A stretch of 64,000 bases of DNA from an uncultured Alphaproteobacteria bacterium (GCA_963732795.1 CAVTAV010000001.1:230927-294926); one strand, 5' to 3'. Counted from the first letter of the stretch, positions 8,934 through 20,159 are shown. Program-made: numbers and translations. The notes: generated by a model not told the origin, from the sequence alone.

Positions 8934-10279
8934 TTAGCGTTGATTCAAAGCAAGCCGTGCTTTGGCCCTTTCGCGCCCGATCAGCGGCAGGAGGTGCTTC
9001 ATCTCCGGGCCGTGGTCGAGGCCGGTCAGGGCGAGGCGAAGCGGATGGAACAGGGGTTTGCCCTTGCGGCCGGTCTTTTCCTTGATCGCCGCGGTCCAGG
9101 CGGGCCAGGTCTGCTCGTTCCAGGGCTCCGGCGGTAGGAGGCCGGCGGCCTGCCGGAGATAGTCCGCGTCTTCGAGCACCGGCGTGATCGGCCCGTGAAC
9201 GATCCGCGCCCAGAGCTCGACATCCTTGAACGTCTCGAGATTGGGCCGGACGGCATTCCAGAATGTCTCGTCCGCTTCCGGGATGCCGAGGGCCTTCAGG
9301 CGCTCGGCCGACGTCCTCAAAGGCGAGGCCGTGCAGGATCCGGGCATTGAGATGCTTGACCTCGGCGGGATCGAATTTCGGCGCGGCGCGGCCGAAGCGC
9401 GACAGGTCGAAGTCGGGCACGCAGTCGTCGAGATGCTGCCGGGGCTCGACCGGATCGGACGAGCCGAGCCGCGCCAGCAGGCTGTTCAAGCGCCATGGGC
9501 TCCAGGCCCTCGTCCCGCATCTCGCGCACCGACAGCGAGCCCAACCGTTTCGACAGCGGCCCGCCATCCGGCCCTACGAACAGGGCGAAATGGGCGAAAA
9601 CCGGCGGCGCATATCCCAGCGCCTCGGCGATCTGGATCTGCACGGCCGTGTTGGCGACATGGTCCTCGCCGCGGATGACATGGGTGATGCCCATCTCGCC
9701 GTCATCGACCACCGAGGGCAACGTATAGAGCGCCGTCCCGTCCTCGCGGATCAGCACGGGATCGGACAAGGCTCGCCGCATCGATGGTGACGGCCCCCCG
9801 GATCCGATCTTCCCATGTCACGTCGCGTCTGGTTCAGCAGGAACCGCCAATGGGGCTTGCGGCCTTCGGCTTCGAGCTTGGCCTTGTCCGCGTCCGACAG
9901 TTTCAGCGCCGCCCGGTCATAGACCGGCGGCCGGCGGCGTGCGAGCTGGATCTTGCGCTTGACCTCCAGCTCCTCCGGCGTCTCGTAACAGGCATAAAGC
10001 CGCCCCGCCGCCCGCAGCCGCTCCGCCGCCGCGTCATAGAGCGTCCCGCGTTCGGACTGGCGATAAAGCGCATCCCAGCCTAGGCCGAGCCAGGTCAGGT
10101 CCTCCTTGGTCGCCGCGACGAATTCCTCGGTGGAGCGTTCGGCATCCGTGTCGTCGATGCGAAGGATGAACGCGCCCCCGGTCTTGCGCGCGAACAGCCA
10201 GTTCAGCACGCGCCGCGCGGACATTGCCGACATGGAGATAGCCGGTGGGCGAGGGGGCGAAGCGGGTCTTGGTGGTCAT
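8934..10279 (-). pseudogene. gltX: Glutamate--tRNA ligase, multiple frameshifts (likely sequence error)
   Basis: [19 protein letters not shown] (HIGH region) at the start. Later fragments contain ...[11 protein letters not shown]..., ...[15 protein letters not shown]..., and C-terminal anticodon-binding-domain fragments, spread over four frames. Confidence 0.75.
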
Positions 10280-10310
10280 CGAGCGTCGCCTCGACCGTTG
10301 CCGGCCGGCA

Positions 10311-10400
10311 GCCCCCTCACCCTACCCCTCTCCCCTCGGGGGAGAGGGCAACGAAGGCTTGGCGAACGGAGTGAGCTTAGCCGAAGTGGGTGAGGGGGGC
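10311..10400. repeat. Composite nested palindromic intergenic element
   Basis: Outer inverted repeat GCCCCCTCACCC (10311-10322) / GGGTGAGGGGGGC (10388-10400) around an inner hairpin CCCTCTCCCC-TCG-GGGGAGAGGG (10326-10348). It lies in the convergent gap between the gltX start and the nadE end. Confidence 0.65.
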
Positions 10401-10424
10401 GGCTCCGAACCATGACAGATCGCA

Positions 10425-12102
10425 TCAACTCCGCCACCGCGCATCCCGGAAGCCGTTCGTAATGGGATACCGCCGGTCGCGGCCGAAATTCCTACGGGTG
10501 ATCTTGACCCCCGGCGGGGCTTGGCGGCGTTTGTATTCGGCGATGTAGAGCATGTGCTCGATCCGCGCCACGATCTCGCGGTCGAAGCCTTCGGCGACGA
10601 TCTCGGTGATCGACAGCTCCTTCTCGACCAGCGCTTCGAGGATCGCGTCCAATACGTCGTAGGGCGGGAGCGAATCCTCGTCCTTCTGGTCGGCTCTCAG
10701 CTCGGCGCTCGGCGGCTTGGTGATGATGTTGGTCGGGATCACCTCGCTCTTCGGCCCGAGGCCCCAGCTCGAGCCAGTTGCCGTTGCGCCAGCGGGAAAG
10801 CTCGAACACCGTCGTCTTGTAGACGTCCTTCAGGACCGAATAGCCGCCGCTCATATCGCCGTAGAGCGTGGCGTAGCCGACCGAAAGCTCGGATTTGTTG
10901 CCGGTCGTCACCAGCATGTGGCCGAACTTGTTGCTCATCGCCATCAGGATCACGCCGCGGATGCGGGCCTGGATGTTCTCTTCCGTGGTGTCGGCCTTGG
11001 TTCCGGCGAACACGTCCTTCATCATGGAATCGAAGGCGGCCGACCGCCGGCTCGATCTCGATCGTATCGATCGGGACGCCGAGGAGCTTCGCGCATTCCG
11101 CCGCGTCGTCGAGGCTCGCCTGGCTGGTATAGCGCGACGGCATCATCACGACCCGCACCTTGTCCGCGCCGAGCGCATCCACCGCCACGGCGGCGGTCAA
11201 GGCGCTGTCGATGCCGCCCGACAGGCCGATAATGACGCCTGGGAAGCGGTTCTTGTGGACATAGTCCCTGAGGCCCAGGGTCATCGCGCCATAGACCGCC
11301 CGCAGTCCCTCGCGGTCCGGGGCGATCTCGCCTTCCTCGCAGTCGAAGCGATGGTTCGGCCGGCGCACCGTCTCGACGACGCTCAGGGACTCCTGCCAGG
11401 CGTCGAGCTGGACTCGCGAGCTTGCCGTCCTGGTTGAGCGCGAAGGACGTCGCCGTCGAAGACCAGCTCGTCCTGGCCGCCGACCTGGTTCACATAGAGC
11501 AGCGGCAATCCGGTCTCGCGCACCCGGTCGCGGGCGAGCGAAAGCCGCGTGCCCTCCTTGCCCATCTCGAAGGGCGAGCCGTTCGGCACGATGAGCATCT
11601 CCGCGCCCCGCGATCGGAGGTGCTTGGCCGCGTCCGGCGTCCACATGTCCTCGCAGATCAGAATGCCGAGCTTCAGCCCGCGAAACTCGACAGGCTCGGG
11701 CAGAGGGCCCGGCCGGAACACGCGCTTCTCGTCGAACACGCCGTAATTCGGCAGGTCGCGCTTGAACACGATGTCCTGGATCGCACCGCCATCGAGTAGT
11801 GCGGCGGCGTTATGCACCACGCCGCCATGCCGCCAGGGCAGCCCCAGCACGATCGCCGGGCCGCCGTCCTCGGTTTCGGCCGCCATGTCCCGCGCGACCG
11901 CCTCGACCTCGTCGAGGAACGCCGGCTTCAGCACCAGATCCTCCGGCGGATAGCCGCAGAGCGCCAGCTCCGGGGTCACCAGGAGATCCGCCTCGTGCCC
12001 CGCGGCTTCCGCCCGGGCGGCCCGTATCTTGGCGGCATTCCCCGCAATATCCCCGACCGTGAAATCGAGCTGCGCAAGGACGATGTCGAGAGCGTCGGTC
12101 AT
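10425..12102 (-). pseudogene. nadE: Glutamine-dependent NAD+ synthetase, multiple frameshifts
   Basis: N-terminal nitrilase/CN-hydrolase domain (11383-12102). Synthetase domain fragments with GLSGGIDS (P-loop-like ATP-PPase motif) and ...NKSELSVGYATLYGD... in two further frames. Confidence 0.75.
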
Positions 12103-12271
12103 TCCGGCACTTTAGAAGGTTGTGTGGTCGAGCGGGAGCCTATCAGGCTCGGACGAAAGGAAGAACTGGGAAATGGAGGGACGGCCCGAGATGTCCTTCG
12201 ACAAGCTTAGGACGAACGGATCTAATAGGCTCCGTTCGGGCTGAGCTCTTGTCGAAGCCCGCCTGCTGGGC

Positions 12272-13656
12272 CTACGACGCTTCCCGGGCCTTGGCGGCGA
12301 TTTCGAGACGGCGTTGCTTGAGGCCTTCGGCGATCAGGAAGGCGAGCTCCAGGGCCTGGCTGGCGTTGAGCCGGGGATCGCAATGGGTGTGATAGCGGTC
12401 GGCCAGGGCGTGCTCGGTGATCTTCTGGGCGCCGCCGATGCATTCGGTGACGTCCTGGCCGGTCATCTCGATATGGACGCCGCCGGCATAGCTGCCCTCG
12501 GCATCGTGGATCTGGGAGAAGCGGCGGACCTCGGCGAGCACGTTGTCGAACGGCCGGGTCTTGTAGCCGGTGCGAGGATTTGATCGTGTTGCCGTGCATC
12601 GGATCGCAGGACCACACCACGACGCGGCCCTCGCGCTGGACCGCGCGGACGAGCTTCGGCAGCAGGCCTTCGATCTTGTCGGCGCCGAACCGCGTGATCA
12701 GGGTCAGCCGGCCGGGATCGTTGTTCGGGTTCAGGGCGTCGATCAGGCGCAGCAAGTCGTCCGGCTCCATGGTCGGGCCGACCTTGGCGCCGATCGGGTT
12801 GCAGATGCCGCGCAGGAACTCGATATGGGCGCCGTCGAGCTGGCGCGTGCGCTCGCCGCACCAGACGAAATGGGCCGAGGTGTCGTACCATTTGCCGCTC
12901 GTGCTATCGATGCGGGTCATGGCTTCCTCGTAGCCGAGCAGAAGCGCCTCGTGGGAGGTGTAGAACGCGGTGGAGCGGAGCTGCGGCGCCGATTCCGAGG
13001 TCACGCCGCAGGCTTCCATAAAGGCCAGCGCCTCCGAGATGCGGTCCGCCATGTCCCGGTAGCGCTCGCCGGCCGGGCTCGCCTCGACGAAGCCCATGGT
13101 CCAGCCATGGACCCGGTGCAGGTCGGCATAACCGCCGGTCGAGAACGCGCGCAGCAGATTGAGCGTCGCGGCCGCCTGGCTATAGGCCTGCAGCAGGCGC
13201 TTGGGGTCCGGCACGCGACTCTTCGGGCGTGAATTCCATGCTGTTGATATTGTCGCCGCGATAGCTCGGCAGCGAGACGCCGTCCTGCTCCTCGGTCGGC
13301 GCGGAGCGGGGTTTGGCGAACTGGCCCGCCATGCGGCCGACCTTCACCACCGGCATGGTCCCGGCAAAGGTCAGCGCCACCGCCATCTGCAGCAGCACGC
13401 GGAAGGTGTCGCGGATATTGTCCGGATGGAACTCGGCAAAGCTCTCGGCGCAGTCGCCGCCCTGCAGCAGGAAAGCCTTGCCCTGGGCGACCTCGCCCAG
13501 CTGCCGCCTCAGCTCGCGGGCCTCGCCGGCAAAGACGAGCGGCGGAAAACGGTGCAGGGTCTTCTCGACCTCCGTCAATTCCGCCATATCAGGATATTCC
13601 GGGACCTGCTTGATCGGGAAATCCCGCCAGCCGCTCGGAGACCACGCCTTCGCCAT
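12272..13656 (-). pseudogene. Class II (plant-like) 3-deoxy-7-phosphoheptulonate (DAHP) synthase, frameshifted
   Basis: [23 protein letters not shown]... (class II AroA N-terminus), then ...DPMHGNT..., and a C-terminal ...[15 protein letters not shown]... fragment in another frame. Confidence 0.72.
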
Positions 13657-13751
13657 CGTTCCAGCCTTCACTACAGTCGAATCAGTGCCTGATATACGCA
13701 TACAGGCTTAGGTTTTCCAGTCCGTTGAGGGGGCTGGCGATAACGCGGACC

Positions 13752-15089
13752 TCACCGCATCGTCACGAATTCCTCCGCCGCCGTCGGATGAACGGCGATC
13801 GTGGCGTCGAACTGGGCTTTGGTGGCGCCGCATTTGATGGCGACGGCGAGGGACTGGACGATCTCCGGGGCGTCGGGGCCGATCATGTGGATGCCGACCA
13901 CGCGGTCGGATTCGGCGTGGACGACGAGCTTCATGAAGGTCCGTTCCTCGTTGCCGGAAAGCGTGTGCTTCAAGGCGCGGAATGCGCTTTTGAAGATCTT
14001 CACGTCGAAATAGGTCTCCCGCGCGGCTTCCTCCGAAAGGCCCACACAGGAAAGGCTCGGCTGGGAGAAGACGGCATGGGCGATGTTGTCGTATTCCATC
14101 CGGCGCGGGGTCTTGCCGAACTGGGTGTCGGCGAAGATATGGCCCTCCTTGATCGCGACGGGGGTGAGATTGATCCGGTGGGTGCAGTCGCCGACCGCGA
14201 AGATGTTGTCGCGGCTCGTGCGGAGGTCGTGATCGACGATGACCGCGCCGTTGTTCTGGACCTTCACACCGGCGGCGTCGAGGCCGAGGCCGTCGGTCTT
14301 GGGCTCGCGGCCGGTTGCGTACAAAATCGCGTCTACCGTCAGGCTTGTTCCATCTTCGAGTGTGACAGCGATGTCATTTCCGGCCTTCTCGATGCGGGAA
14401 ACATCGGCATGAAGGCGGATGTTCACGCCCTTTTTTTGCATTTCCTGGGCAAGAAAATCGCGGCATTCCTGGTCAAATCCGCGTAAAATCTGGTCTCCGC
14501 GGTAAAGGAGCGAGACTTCGGAGCCCATTCCGTTGAGAATCCCGGCGAATTCGCAGGCGATATAGCCCCCGCCGACGACCGCGACGCGCTTCGGCAGTTC
14601 CGTCAGATGGAACACCTCGTTCGAGGTAAGGGCATGCTCGATGCCCGGCACCTCGGGCATGACCGGCCAGCCGCCGACCGCGATCAGGATCTTGTCGGCG
14701 GTGACCGTCTTGTCGCCGAGATCGATCGTGTGCTCGTCCTTCAACACCCCGCGGGAGAGAAAAAGCTCGACGCCGGAAGCCTTTAGGTTCTTCGATGTAG
14801 ATCTGGCTCAATCGTTCGATTTCATTGTCTTTGTTGGCGATGAGCCGTCGCCCAGTCGAATTTCGCGCGGGCCAACGTCCCAGCCGAAGCCGGCGGCGTC
14901 GTGGAAGTCCTCGGCGAAATGGGAGGCGTAGACCAGAAGCTTCTTCGGCACGCAGCCCCGGATCACGCAGGTGCCGCCGACCCGGTATTCCTCGCAGATC
15001 GCGACCCGGGCCCCGTGCCCGGCCGCGATCCGCGCCGCCCTCACGCCGCCCGAGCCCGCGCCGATCACAAAAAGATCGTAGTCGTACAT
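13752..15089 (-). pseudogene. gor: Glutathione-disulfide reductase, frameshifted near the N-terminus
   Basis: N-terminal fragment [34 protein letters not shown]...[13 protein letters not shown] (FAD site, redox-active CxxxxC). Downstream 331-aa fragment ending ...TIAVHPTAAEEFVTMR. Confidence 0.75.
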
Positions 15090-15231
15090 GGTCTTACGCC
15101 TCCATTGTTTGGCTCTTGGGCATGGCGGTCTTTCGCTTGGCTGTCAATATGGGGCGGCTTCTGTGATGGGATGGGCGCGCAATCCGTGGTAGATTTTTCG
15201 GCCATATCCCGCCCGCCGGCTACAGCATGAC

Positions 15232-16374
15232 ATGAAGATAGTCTCGGTCTTCGGCACCCGTCCGGAAGCCATCAAGATGGCGCCGGTCATCAAGGAGATC
15301 GCGCGGCGGCCCGTGATCGACCACGTCGTCTGCGTCACGGGCCAGCACCGTGAGATGCTCGATCAGGCGCTGGCGACCTTCGGCATCGTGCCGGATCATG
15401 ATCTCGAACTGATGGATTCCCGGTTCCGGCTCGGCGATCTGGCCGGCCATGCGCTCGTTAGCCTGACCGATTTCCTTGCCCGGGAATCGCCGGATCTCGT
15501 TCTGGTTCAAGGGGATACAGCGACGACCCTGGCCGGTGCGCTGGCCGGCTTCTATCTGGGCATTCCGGTCGGCCATGTCGAGGCGGGCTTGCGCACCCAT
15601 GATCTTGCCCATCCCTGGCCGGAGGAGGGCAACCGCAAACTGGTCAGCGCCGTCGCCGCGCTCCATTTCGCCCCGACCCCCGGCAGCCGCGACAATCTGA
15701 TCGCCGAAGGCGTCTCGCCGGACGACATCGTCGTGACCGGCAACACCATCATCGACGCGCTCTATTGGACCCGGCGTCGGCTTGCATCCGCGCCGCCCTG
15801 GCTCAAGCCGGTCGTGGTACGGACCGACCGCAAGCTCGTGCTCGCCACCACCCACCGCCGGGAGAATTTCGGCGCCCATCTCGAAGCGATCTGGTCGGCC
15901 ATGGAAGCCCTCGCCCAACGCGGCGATTGCGACATCGTCTATGCCCTGCATCTCAATCCCCAGCTCGCGCCGGCTTCGAGCCGATTGCGCGACGCCTCCA
16001 ACATCAAGCTGATCAGCCCACTCGATCCTGTGAGCTTCGTCTATCTCCTGGAGCAGACCGACCTGATCCTGACCGATTCGGGCGGCATCCAGGAGGAAGC
16101 GACGGCGCTCGGCAAGCCCGTGCTCCTGATGCGCGAAGCGACCGAGCGTCCCGAGGCCGTGGACGCGGGCACCGTCAAGCTGGTCGGCATGGACACGCCG
16201 GGCATCGTCGCCGAGGCGACCCGGCTCCTCGACGATCCGGCCGCGCTCGCCGCGATGGCCCGGTCCTCGACCGTGTTCGGCGACGGCGCAGCGGCGGGCC
16301 GCATCATGGATGCGATCGAGCATCGCTTCGCCGGAACCATATCGACCCGCGACAGACTTGCTGGAACCGGCTAG
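15232..16374 (+). CDS. wecB: UDP-N-acetylglucosamine 2-epimerase (non-hydrolysing)
   Basis: 380-aa intact ORF beginning MKIVSVFGTRPEAIKMAPV...HVEAGLRT, the typical WecB/MnaA pattern. Confidence 0.85.
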   Translation: MKIVSVFGTRPEAIKMAPVIKEIARRPVIDHVVCVTGQHREMLDQALATFGIVPDHDLELMDSRFRLGDLAGHALVSLTDFLARESPDLVLVQGDTATTLAGALAGFYLGIPVGHVEAGLRTHDLAHPWPEEGNRKLVSAVAALHFAPTPGSRDNLIAEGVSPDDIVVTGNTIIDALYWTRRRLASAPPWLKPVVVRTDRKLVLATTHRRENFGAHLEAIWSAMEALAQRGDCDIVYALHLNPQLAPASSRLRDASNIKLISPLDPVSFVYLLEQTDLILTDSGGIQEEATALGKPVLLMREATERPEAVDAGTVKLVGMDTPGIVAEATRLLDDPAALAAMARSSTVFGDGAAAGRIMDAIEHRFAGTISTRDRLAGTG

Positions 16375-16419
16375 CCTCACGGCCTCGCATTAAAGCGCAC
16401 CAACAGAAGGGGACCTCTC

Positions 16420-16803
16420 ATGGCAGATGACGCGGCCACGCTGGGACTGGAGATTCGGCGGAAGATGTTCGGCAAAGCCGGCGCCGACGATCACATCAAT
16501 GCGGCGACCGACTTCACCCGGCCCTTGCAGGACTTCGTCACGAACGAATGCTTCGGCGATACCTGGCACCGCGGCGTGCTGGATCACAAGACCCGCAGCA
16601 TGATCACCATCGCCATGCTGACGGCCCTCGGCGGCCAGGGCGGCCAGATCCGCAATCATGTCAAAGGCGCGATCGCGAACGGCGTGTCGAAAGACGAGAT
16701 CCGCGAGATCCTCCGCCATGCCGTTATCTATTGCGGCGTCCCCCGCGCGGTCGAGGGCTTTGCCAACGCGGCGGGGATGCTGAAAGAGATGGGGCTGGAA
16801 TAA
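16420..16803 (+). CDS. Carboxymuconolactone decarboxylase (CMD) family protein
   Basis: 127-aa ORF with ...FGDTWHRGVLDHKTRSMITIAMLTALG..., the CMD/AhpD-like fold pattern. Confidence 0.65.
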   Translation: MADDAATLGLEIRRKMFGKAGADDHINAATDFTRPLQDFVTNECFGDTWHRGVLDHKTRSMITIAMLTALGGQGGQIRNHVKGAIANGVSKDEIREILRHAVIYCGVPRAVEGFANAAGMLKEMGLE

Positions 16804-16834
16804 ATCCAGCCCCGATCTGCCCTGGGGGCCGCCG

Positions 16835-18061
16835 TCAGGAGCTCCGTTGTTCGGCGAGGTTGCCGAGCTTGGGCGAGCCGTTGCCCTGGCCGCCCCTCGG
16901 GAAGCGCTTGCCGTTCAGGGTCGCGCCGATGAAGGTGTAGCGGACGACGTAACGGTAGGTGACCAGGCCGATCGCCATGGTGATCCCAAGGATCAGCGGG
17001 AACTTGATCATCCAGCTCAGGTCCCACTTCGCCATCGCCACCTGCAGGAAGAAGATGATCGGCAGGTGGATCAGATAGAGCCAGTAGGACGAGTTCGCCA
17101 GATAGCGCCGGGCCGGGCTGTGGCTCGACACGAACCGCATGGCGAGGCCGATGAAGGCGAAGGTCCAGCACCAGGTCGCGAGCGAATAGCTGGCGGTGTA
17201 GCCGAGCCGCATCCAGTCCGAACCGGGGATGACGGTCGGCTTGGCGATATAGCTCGGCGTGATCCCGACGATCGCCAGGCACACGCAGGTCAGCGCCACA
17301 GCGAACAAGAGCAGGGTCGAGCCGCGTTTCTCGAATTCGGCCAACAGGTCCGTCTGGCGCTGCAGGACCCAGCCGAAACCGAAGGCCGTGCCGAACGCGA
17401 TCATGGCGGGAAGCTTCAGCGATAGGCCGACATCCGGCGTCGGGATGCCGAACCAGACGGCCCAGGTCGGCGTGTAGTAGAGCACCGCGCACATCGGCGC
17501 CGCCAGCACGATCAGGGCGATATCGCTGCGCAGCCCGAACCGGACGACCGCGTCCGCCGCCGAGCGCAGCATGCCCGAGCGATCGAGGACGCTCCGCGCG
17601 AGCCCTCGAACCAGCAGGGCGATGACATAAAAGACTGCGAGGTAATACAGAAACCACAGATGGACGAGCGGCAGGGAGCCGGCAGAAGGCGAGGGGGCAT
17701 TGGCGACCGCCGGGCCGTAGGTCTGGATCGCGCCCCAGATGACCATGCCGATCACCAGAGGCGCCAGGATGATCCAGCCGACCACCATCGGGACCAGGAT
17801 GCGCTTGGACCGGTCCTTGATGAAGCCTTTGACGCCCTTCCGTTCGATCATCATCCGGCCGAAGAAGCCGGCGATCAGGAAGAAAGTCACCATGCGGAAC
17901 ATGTGAATGACGTAGAAGCTGAGGCCCAATGTGACGCTCTGCGAGCTGTCGGCCACCGGCAGGGCAATGAAGAACGACATGGTCGCATGGAGGACGATTC
18001 CGCCCAGCAAGGCGAAGGCTCTGACGGCGTCGAGGGAGTGAAGGCGCTCTTGCGTTTGCAT
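16835..18061 (-). CDS. Acyltransferase family 3 membrane protein
   Basis: 408-aa polytopic membrane ORF beginning MQTQERLHSLDAVRAFALLGGIVLHA, the typical acyltransferase-3 N-terminus. Confidence 0.7.
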   Translation of the reverse strand: MQTQERLHSLDAVRAFALLGGIVLHATMSFFIALPVADSSQSVTLGLSFYVIHMFRMVTFFLIAGFFGRMMIERKGVKGFIKDRSKRILVPMVVGWIILAPLVIGMVIWGAIQTYGPAVANAPSPSAGSLPLVHLWFLYYLAVFYVIALLVRGLARSVLDRSGMLRSAADAVVRFGLRSDIALIVLAAPMCAVLYYTPTWAVWFGIPTPDVGLSLKLPAMIAFGTAFGFGWVLQRQTDLLAEFEKRGSTLLLFAVALTCVCLAIVGITPSYIAKPTVIPGSDWMRLGYTASYSLATWCWTFAFIGLAMRFVSSHSPARRYLANSSYWLYLIHLPIIFFLQVAMAKWDLSWMIKFPLILGITMAIGLVTYRYVVRYTFIGATLNGKRFPRGGQGNGSPKLGNLAEQRSS

Positions 18062-18074
18062 GACGGGAGCCTCC

Positions 18075-18809
18075 TCAGATGAAGTCTGTTTTACGGGATT
18101 GCAGGTAGAAGGTCGCCGCGAGAACGAGCGGGATCGCGGCGATTTCAGCCGCCAGAATCCACAGAATCTCCGGTCGCCAAACGATCGTCGGGCTAGCTAG
18201 GTCAGGCAAGACGAAGGAAGCGGTGCGGAAGAAGCTCCAGAAGAACCAGAAGCAAATGTTGAAGGCGATGGTGACGAACATCGCCGGCTTTTCGGATTCG
18301 GTGACGAGAGCCACGCCGAGGTTCACGCAGAACATCACGACAAGCATTCCGAAGACCACGACCGTCGACGGGATAGACCCCGCCGAGCGCGCCCACTGGG
18401 CGATCCCGGGGTCGTCCGTTGCGATCGTCGAGGAAACAGAGCCGGCCAATGAGGGCTCAAGAACGGTCGCGAACACCACATAGGCGAGGAACAGAGCCAG
18501 GCATAAACCAAGGGCAAGGAACAGGGTCGCTCCGATCTTGGCCGTCGTATAATCCTTGATCGAGATGGGAAGGCTCATGACGAAGGGCAACGTCTGTTCC
18601 CGGCGTTCACCCATAACCATCCAGCTCGGCATGAAGATCACTATGCTGGCTGCCGCCATAAACATCACGGCAGCGATGATGCGGATGAAACCGTCCGCGA
18701 AGCCCGACACGACGAGCGCGATCAAGCCTCCGAGTGTCAACGAGACTAGAATGAAACGGTTGAAGTACCAGTCCTTGAGGATCAACTGTTTGACGACGAC
18801 GGCGTTCAT
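18075..18809 (-). CDS. ABC-2 type transporter permease (hypothetical)
   Basis: ~245-aa membrane ORF starting MNAVVVKQLILKDWYF. The listed longer ORF is over-extended. ATGA overlap with the upstream ATPase. Confidence 0.6.
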   Translation of the reverse strand: MNAVVVKQLILKDWYFNRFILVSLTLGGLIALVVSGFADGFIRIIAAVMFMAAASIVIFMPSWMVMGERREQTLPFVMSLPISIKDYTTAKIGATLFLALGLCLALFLAYVVFATVLEPSLAGSVSSTIATDDPGIAQWARSAGSIPSTVVVFGMLVVMFCVNLGVALVTESEKPAMFVTIAFNICFWFFWSFFRTASFVLPDLASPTIVWRPEILWILAAEIAAIPLVLAATFYLQSRKTDFI

Positions 18810-19699
18810 GTCCGGTCTCCTCTGTTGAACTCGACATTGGCGACGAAGATTTCCTCGAGCGTCATGTGCTCGACGCCGTGGACGGTCGCGCCAACCTGCT
18901 GGAACGAATGAAGGATTCCCGGTTCGAACTTGCTGGCAGTGGCGATCACCACATGTCCGCTGCGGCGAACGTCGACGATGCCGGGCAGCGCCGGTAGGAC
19001 GGTATCGGGAGCGATCTCGAGCCGGACCCGCCGCCATTGGTCGAGGAAGGTTTCCTTGTCGCGGGATTCGATGATCCGGCCTTTGTCGATGAAGGTGATG
19101 CAGTCGGCGAGCTGCTCGACGTCCTGGGTGTTATGGGACGAGAACAGGATCGTACGGGATTCGTCCAAGAGCACGTCGCTCAATTCGCGCAGCAACTGGT
19201 GGCGCGCGACGGGATCGAGGCCTGTGGTCGGCTCGTCGAGGATCAACAGCCGCGGACGCCGGGCGAGCGCCAGAAGCAACGTGGCCTTCACCCGCTCGCC
19301 ATGGGAGAAGCGGTCGAGCTTCTGCTCCTTGCGCAAGCCGAAGCGATGCAGCAGCTGCTGAGCGTAGCGCGGATCCCATTTGGGATAGATCGAGGCGATG
19401 AAGCCCATATGCCATTCGAGGGTCGCCTGCTTGTAGAGCCGCATGTCCTCCGAGACGAAACCGATCTCCTGCTTGGCGGCGATCTGCTCGGCCGGCATCT
19501 CGTGGCCGAGCACGGTCACCTTGCCGCGGTCCTGGTGCACGAGGCCCATCAGAATGCGGATGGTGGTCGACTTGCCGGCGCCGTTGGGGCCGATGAAACC
19601 CATGATCTGGCCGTGCGGCAGGCTCAGGTCCACATCCGAGAGCGTGAAGTGGGAATAGGTCTTGCCGACGCCGGTCATTTCGAAAGCCAAGCCGTTCAT
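18806..19699 (-). CDS. ABC transporter ATP-binding protein
   Basis: Walker A GPNGAGKST, signature motif in the ...LDEPTTGLD region, and a Walker B. Confidence 0.82.
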   Translation of the reverse strand: MNGLAFEMTGVGKTYSHFTLSDVDLSLPHGQIMGFIGPNGAGKSTTIRILMGLVHQDRGKVTVLGHEMPAEQIAAKQEIGFVSEDMRLYKQATLEWHMGFIASIYPKWDPRYAQQLLHRFGLRKEQKLDRFSHGERVKATLLLALARRPRLLILDEPTTGLDPVARHQLLRELSDVLLDESRTILFSSHNTQDVEQLADCITFIDKGRIIESRDKETFLDQWRRVRLEIAPDTVLPALPGIVDVRRSGHVVIATASKFEPGILHSFQQVGATVHGVEHMTLEEIFVANVEFNRGDRT

Positions 19700-20088
19700 G
19701 ACTTTTCCTTCCTAGCCTTGCTCCGGGCCTGCCGGAGACGTTCCGTGAGCTCTTCCAGGCTGAGACCGTGTGCGAGGGAAAGACTGGCGAGGGTCGTCAC
19801 GACCGTGTCGAGCTCCTGGTCCTTCAACTCCGTTCCGAGGCCGGCATTGTCCGCAACGAACGAACCTCTGCCTTGCCGCGTTACGATCACGCCCTCCCGC
19901 TCCAAGTCCGAATAGACCCGCTTCACCGTGATGACGCTGACCTGTGTCGAGGCGGCAAGCGCCCGGATCGACGGGATCTCCTGTCCCGGCTGCCAGTCTC
20001 CGACCGCGATCTTCCGTTTGATCTGCTCGATAAGTTGCAGATACATCGGGCGGCCATCGGCCTGGGATATGACGAAATCAGTGTGCAT
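19696..20088 (-). CDS. GntR-family (YtrA-like short) transcriptional regulator
   Basis: ~130-aa ORF from the ATG at 20088. wHTH region ...GQEIPSIRALAASTQVSVITVKRVYSDLEREGVIVTRQGRGSFV. Its stop overlaps the ABC ATPase start, giving a ytrABC-like operon. Confidence 0.72.
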   Translation of the reverse strand: MHTDFVISQADGRPMYLQLIEQIKRKIAVGDWQPGQEIPSIRALAASTQVSVITVKRVYSDLEREGVIVTRQGRGSFVADNAGLGTELKDQELDTVVTTLASLSLAHGLSLEELTERLRQARSKARKEKS

Positions 20089-20159
20089 CTTGATATACAC
20101 AGTATGCACATATGCACAGGATCGAGTCAAAGGGAATCTTGCCCAGCCGCCCGACGTCA

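Noticed and set aside
15220-16380. 386-aa minus-strand ORF
   Set aside because: It is a mirror of the intact wecB gene and has no conserved motifs.
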